Both the position numbers and the translations under genes were made by a program. DNA of 64,000 bases, taken from positions 9,110 through 73,109 of the forward strand of contig JANPNV010000054.1 in the NCBI GenBank assembly GCA_031427625.1, in the 5' to 3' direction. This stretch comes from Bacteroidota bacterium. GTDB taxonomy: Bacteria > Bacteroidota > Bacteroidia > AKYH767-A > 2013-40CM-41-45. Positions 61,072-64,000 of the stretch are shown here, one piece after another (the stretch's first letter is position 1; the number at the start of each line of letters is the position of its first letter). The notes beneath the pieces were generated by a model that did no database searches, was not told where the DNA came from, and worked only from the letters and a program-made list of their open reading frames with translations.

Positions 61072-62376
61072 ATGGAAAAAGACGCAATAGTTGTAGGACT
61101 CGATATTGGCACTACAAAAATTTGTACGATCGTAGGTCGTAAAAATGAATTCGGGAAAATCGATATTCTAGGATATGGCAAATGCGAGTCGTTTGGCGTT
61201 ACACGCGGTGTTGTTACAAACATCCTGCACACAATTGAATCGATTACAAAGTCTGTCCAGGAAGCATCAGAAAAATCGAATGTTGACATTGAATCGGTAT
61301 ATGTAGGTATCGCAGGTCAGCATATAAAAAGTCTTCAGCATCGCGGAATGAAAACCCGTAATTCGCTTGACGATGAGATAGCACAATCGGATATCGATGC
61401 TATTGTTGAAGATATGTATAAGCTGGCAATGCCTCCGGGAGAAAAAATTATTCATGTAATTCCTCAGGAGTATATCATCGATAACGAGCAGGGAATTAAA
61501 AACCCAATCGGAATGTCAGGGATCAGACTTGAAGCGAACTGCCATATCATCACTGGTCAGATTACTGCCGCAAAGAATATTTATAAATGTGTAGAAAGAG
61601 CAAATCTCAATTCACTCGGATTGTTTCTTGAGCCGCTTGCATCTTCCGAGGCTGTATTAACTGAAGAAGAAAAAGAAGCAGGAGTCGTTCTGGTTGATAT
61701 CGGTGGAGGGACAACAGATATTGCAATTTTCCAGGATGGCATCATCCGACATACTGCTGTCATTCCTTTCGGTGGAAATGTTATTACCGATGATATTAAA
61801 ATGGGTTGCTCTATCATCCGCCAGCAAGCTGAGTTGTTGAAAATAAAATTCGGTTCTGCTCTCGCCAGCGAAAATCAGGAGAATGAAATTGTTTCAATTC
61901 CAGGCCTTCGTGGAAGAGAACCCCGTGAGATCTCTGTTAAAAACCTTGCACATATCATTCAGGCAAGAATGGAAGAAATCATTGAGCATGTCCATTACGA
62001 AATAAAAAATTCAGGATTCGAAAAGAAACTAATCGCCGGAATTGTAATTACCGGTGGAGGAGCACAGTTGCGCCATATTGTTCAGCTGGTAGAATTTATT
62101 ACCGGTATGGATACGCGTGTTGGATATCCAAACGAACATCTTGCAAAAAGTTCCGACGATCTAAAAAGCCCTATGTATGCGACAGGAGTCGGCCTTGTTA
62201 TAAAAGGATTTCAGGATACGGAAAAACGCGCGAAGGTACAGGTTAAGGTGATTGATGAAAATTTAAAGGAGAAGAAGAAAAAAGAAAAGGTTGTACAACC
62301 GAAAGAACATCGTCCTTCCTTTTTCGAGCAACTCGCTGATATATTCAAAGACGAGAAGGATACCCCACTTAATTAA
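61072..62376 (+). CDS. ftsA: cell division protein FtsA
   Basis: Actin-fold motifs VVGLDIGTTKI and VLVDIGGGTTD. The C-terminal amphipathic tail is missing or short. Start set at ATG 61072. Confidence 0.9.
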   Translation: MEKDAIVVGLDIGTTKICTIVGRKNEFGKIDILGYGKCESFGVTRGVVTNILHTIESITKSVQEASEKSNVDIESVYVGIAGQHIKSLQHRGMKTRNSLDDEIAQSDIDAIVEDMYKLAMPPGEKIIHVIPQEYIIDNEQGIKNPIGMSGIRLEANCHIITGQITAAKNIYKCVERANLNSLGLFLEPLASSEAVLTEEEKEAGVVLVDIGGGTTDIAIFQDGIIRHTAVIPFGGNVITDDIKMGCSIIRQQAELLKIKFGSALASENQENEIVSIPGLRGREPREISVKNLAHIIQARMEEIIEHVHYEIKNSGFEKKLIAGIVITGGGAQLRHIVQLVEFITGMDTRVGYPNEHLAKSSDDLKSPMYATGVGLVIKGFQDTEKRAKVQVKVIDENLKEKKKKEKVVQPKEHRPSFFEQLADIFKDEKDTPLN

Positions 62377-62425
62377 TATCAATAACGAAACGAAACATAA
62401 TTAACAAAACTTAAAAAACTTTATC

Positions 62426-63940
62426 ATGGAATTTGATCTTCTGAAAGACGGCGAGTCAATAATAAAAGTAATCGGAGTTGGCGGTGGCGGAAGCAATGCC
62501 GTTAACCATATGTACCGCCAGGGAATAAAAGGCGTCGAATTTATTGTTTGTAATACCGATGCTCAGGCACTAGAAATGTCACCGATTCCAAACAAAGTTC
62601 AGTTAGGCAGCAGCCTTACCGAAGGAAGAGGAGCAGGCGCTATTCCTGAAGTAGGAAGAAATGCAGCCATCGAAAATATCGAAGACATCCGAAAGGTTCT
62701 TCTTCAAAACACACGTATGGTATTCATCACAGCCGGTATGGGTGGTGGAACAGGTACTGGAGCTGCTCCGATAATCGCACAAACTGCCCGTGAGATGGGT
62801 ATACTTACTGTAGCTATCGTAACAATTCCATTTGAATTTGAAGGTAAGCGAAGAAGGCAACAGGCTGATGAAGGCATCGAATTGCTTAAGCAAAGTGTTG
62901 ACACAATCATCATCATACAGAATCAGAAGCTGCGTGAGATGTTCGGAAATCTGAATCTTACAGATGCATTTGCCAAGGCTGATAATATTCTAACTACTGC
63001 AGCTAAAGGAATTGCCGAGATCATCACTGTTACCGGTTATATTAACGTCGATTTTGAAGATGTAAAGACAGCTGTGCAAAATAGCGGAGTCGCAATCATG
63101 GGATCTGCTATTGCAGAAGGCGAAAACAGGGCAGTAAAATCCATTGAGCAGGCGCTGGCATCTCCGTTACTAAACGATGACAACATTAAAGGTGCACGAT
63201 TTATTCTGATGAATATTGCTTCAGGATCGAAAGAAGTGACAATGGATGAAATCGGAGATATCACAGACTATATTCAGGATAAAGCCGGACTATCAGCAGA
63301 TATTATCTGGGGTAATTGCCACGACGAAAATCTCGGAGAGAAACTGTCTGTAACAATTATTGCGACTGGGTTTAAAACAAAAATCGAACTGGGAACAGAA
63401 ATTACGAAAGCCAAAGAAAAAGCAAAGACAATTCATTCACTGAATGAAGATGTGAAAACGGAGGCTACAGTTTCTGAAACAACAGCGGTCAAAGAACCCG
63501 AATTGTTTGAGCCAACTCTTAAAAAGGATATCACTGTTACACAGGAAGAAAAAGAAGAGGTGACTTTTGAATTTGCCCTCAATACACCAAAGGAAAATAT
63601 TTCTGCACCCATTCCCGAGCCCCGCGCATTTACCAGTGAGGAAAAAGGAGGTCATGTTGTGCATGATCTTTACGATAGCGAGCCCGAAGATTCTACTGAT
63701 GAGCAATTGCGCAAGTCAAGGGAACGCATTATGAAACTAAAATCACTCAGCTACCGAATCGGTAATGCAAATATTTCAGACATGGAAAAAGAACCGGCTT
63801 ATAAGAGAAGAAATATTAAACTCGACTCAGTACCTCATTCCAGCGAATCGAGCGTTTCAAGATATACACTAAGTAATGAAGAGGAAAAAAAAGGAGAACT
63901 TCGTCAGAATAATTCTTTTCTTCATGACAACGTAGATTAA
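62426..63940 (+). CDS. ftsZ: cell division GTPase FtsZ with long C-terminal linker
   Basis: Contains GVGGGGSNAV and the tubulin signature GGGTGTG. Confidence 0.95.
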   Translation: MEFDLLKDGESIIKVIGVGGGGSNAVNHMYRQGIKGVEFIVCNTDAQALEMSPIPNKVQLGSSLTEGRGAGAIPEVGRNAAIENIEDIRKVLLQNTRMVFITAGMGGGTGTGAAPIIAQTAREMGILTVAIVTIPFEFEGKRRRQQADEGIELLKQSVDTIIIIQNQKLREMFGNLNLTDAFAKADNILTTAAKGIAEIITVTGYINVDFEDVKTAVQNSGVAIMGSAIAEGENRAVKSIEQALASPLLNDDNIKGARFILMNIASGSKEVTMDEIGDITDYIQDKAGLSADIIWGNCHDENLGEKLSVTIIATGFKTKIELGTEITKAKEKAKTIHSLNEDVKTEATVSETTAVKEPELFEPTLKKDITVTQEEKEEVTFEFALNTPKENISAPIPEPRAFTSEEKGGHVVHDLYDSEPEDSTDEQLRKSRERIMKLKSLSYRIGNANISDMEKEPAYKRRNIKLDSVPHSSESSVSRYTLSNEEEKKGELRQNNSFLHDNVD

Positions 63941-63972
63941 TATTAAAATAGTTCCATGTTAAGTTTCGTTCC

Positions 63973-64000
63973 GGCCCTCATAAATTGAGGGCCTTTTTTT
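63973..64000 (+). terminator. rho-independent terminator after ftsZ
   Basis: GGCCCTCA-taaat-TGAGGGCC 8-bp GC-rich stem followed by T7. Confidence 0.8.

Noticed and set aside
1-64000. Defence island, CRISPR array, IS element, integrase, toxin-antitoxin or prophage content
   Set aside because: I saw no repeat-spacer arrays, no transposase/integrase/recombinase-like ORFs, no terminal inverted repeats flanking a gene set and no abrupt compositional shift. Nearly every ORF has a confident housekeeping assignment.

Overview
This 64 kb window reads as a conserved, mostly core-genome stretch of a low-GC Bacteroidota chromosome. The phylum call rests on a type IX secretion C-terminal sorting domain, a gldB/gldC pair, a HemC-HemD fusion, an alternative complex III locus and an SD-less gene organisation. 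The provided ORF track uses alternative start codons (TTG is translated as M), so several starts were re-examined by hand. Content in order: the tail of an NADH dehydrogenase operon (nuoI'-J-K); L-serine dehydratase; a tandem universal stress protein; lepA; a PaiB-family regulator; murI; a large T9SS-secreted beta-propeller protein; a small cluster of gamma-carbonic-anhydrase-like protein, lipoprotein and GT28-like glycosyltransferase; trmB plus an alkyltransferase-like protein; the Fe-S carriers Mrp/ApbC and a Nfu-like protein; the conserved Bacteroidota block glmS-DUF4270-truncated glycogen-synthase-like-panC; a cysteine desulfurase; a VIT1 transporter and a cyclase; a complete alternative complex III operon (actABCDEF) directly followed by cytochrome c oxidase subunits II and I; a heme biosynthesis block (hemA, hemCD fusion, hemB); korAB; nadE; an outer membrane beta-barrel protein; gldB-gldC; engB; and a full dcw cell-division cluster running mraZ-rsmH-ftsL-ftsI-murE-mraY-murD-ftsW-murG-murC-ftsQ-ftsA-ftsZ, ending in a clean intrinsic terminator. 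I found no CRISPR array, tRNA or rRNA gene, insertion sequence, prophage or defence island. I cannot support the presence of a novel multi-gene system here. The most interesting items are individual: a T9SS cargo protein that joins a PQQ-dehydrogenase-like propeller to SprB-type repeats; a hexaheme ActA with an extra N-terminal cytochrome c domain; a nested inverted/direct repeat candidate operator upstream of the ACIII operon; a textbook MraZ-type triple direct repeat upstream of mraZ; a Cys-to-Ala alkyltransferase-like protein; and a nuo operon that stops after nuoK.
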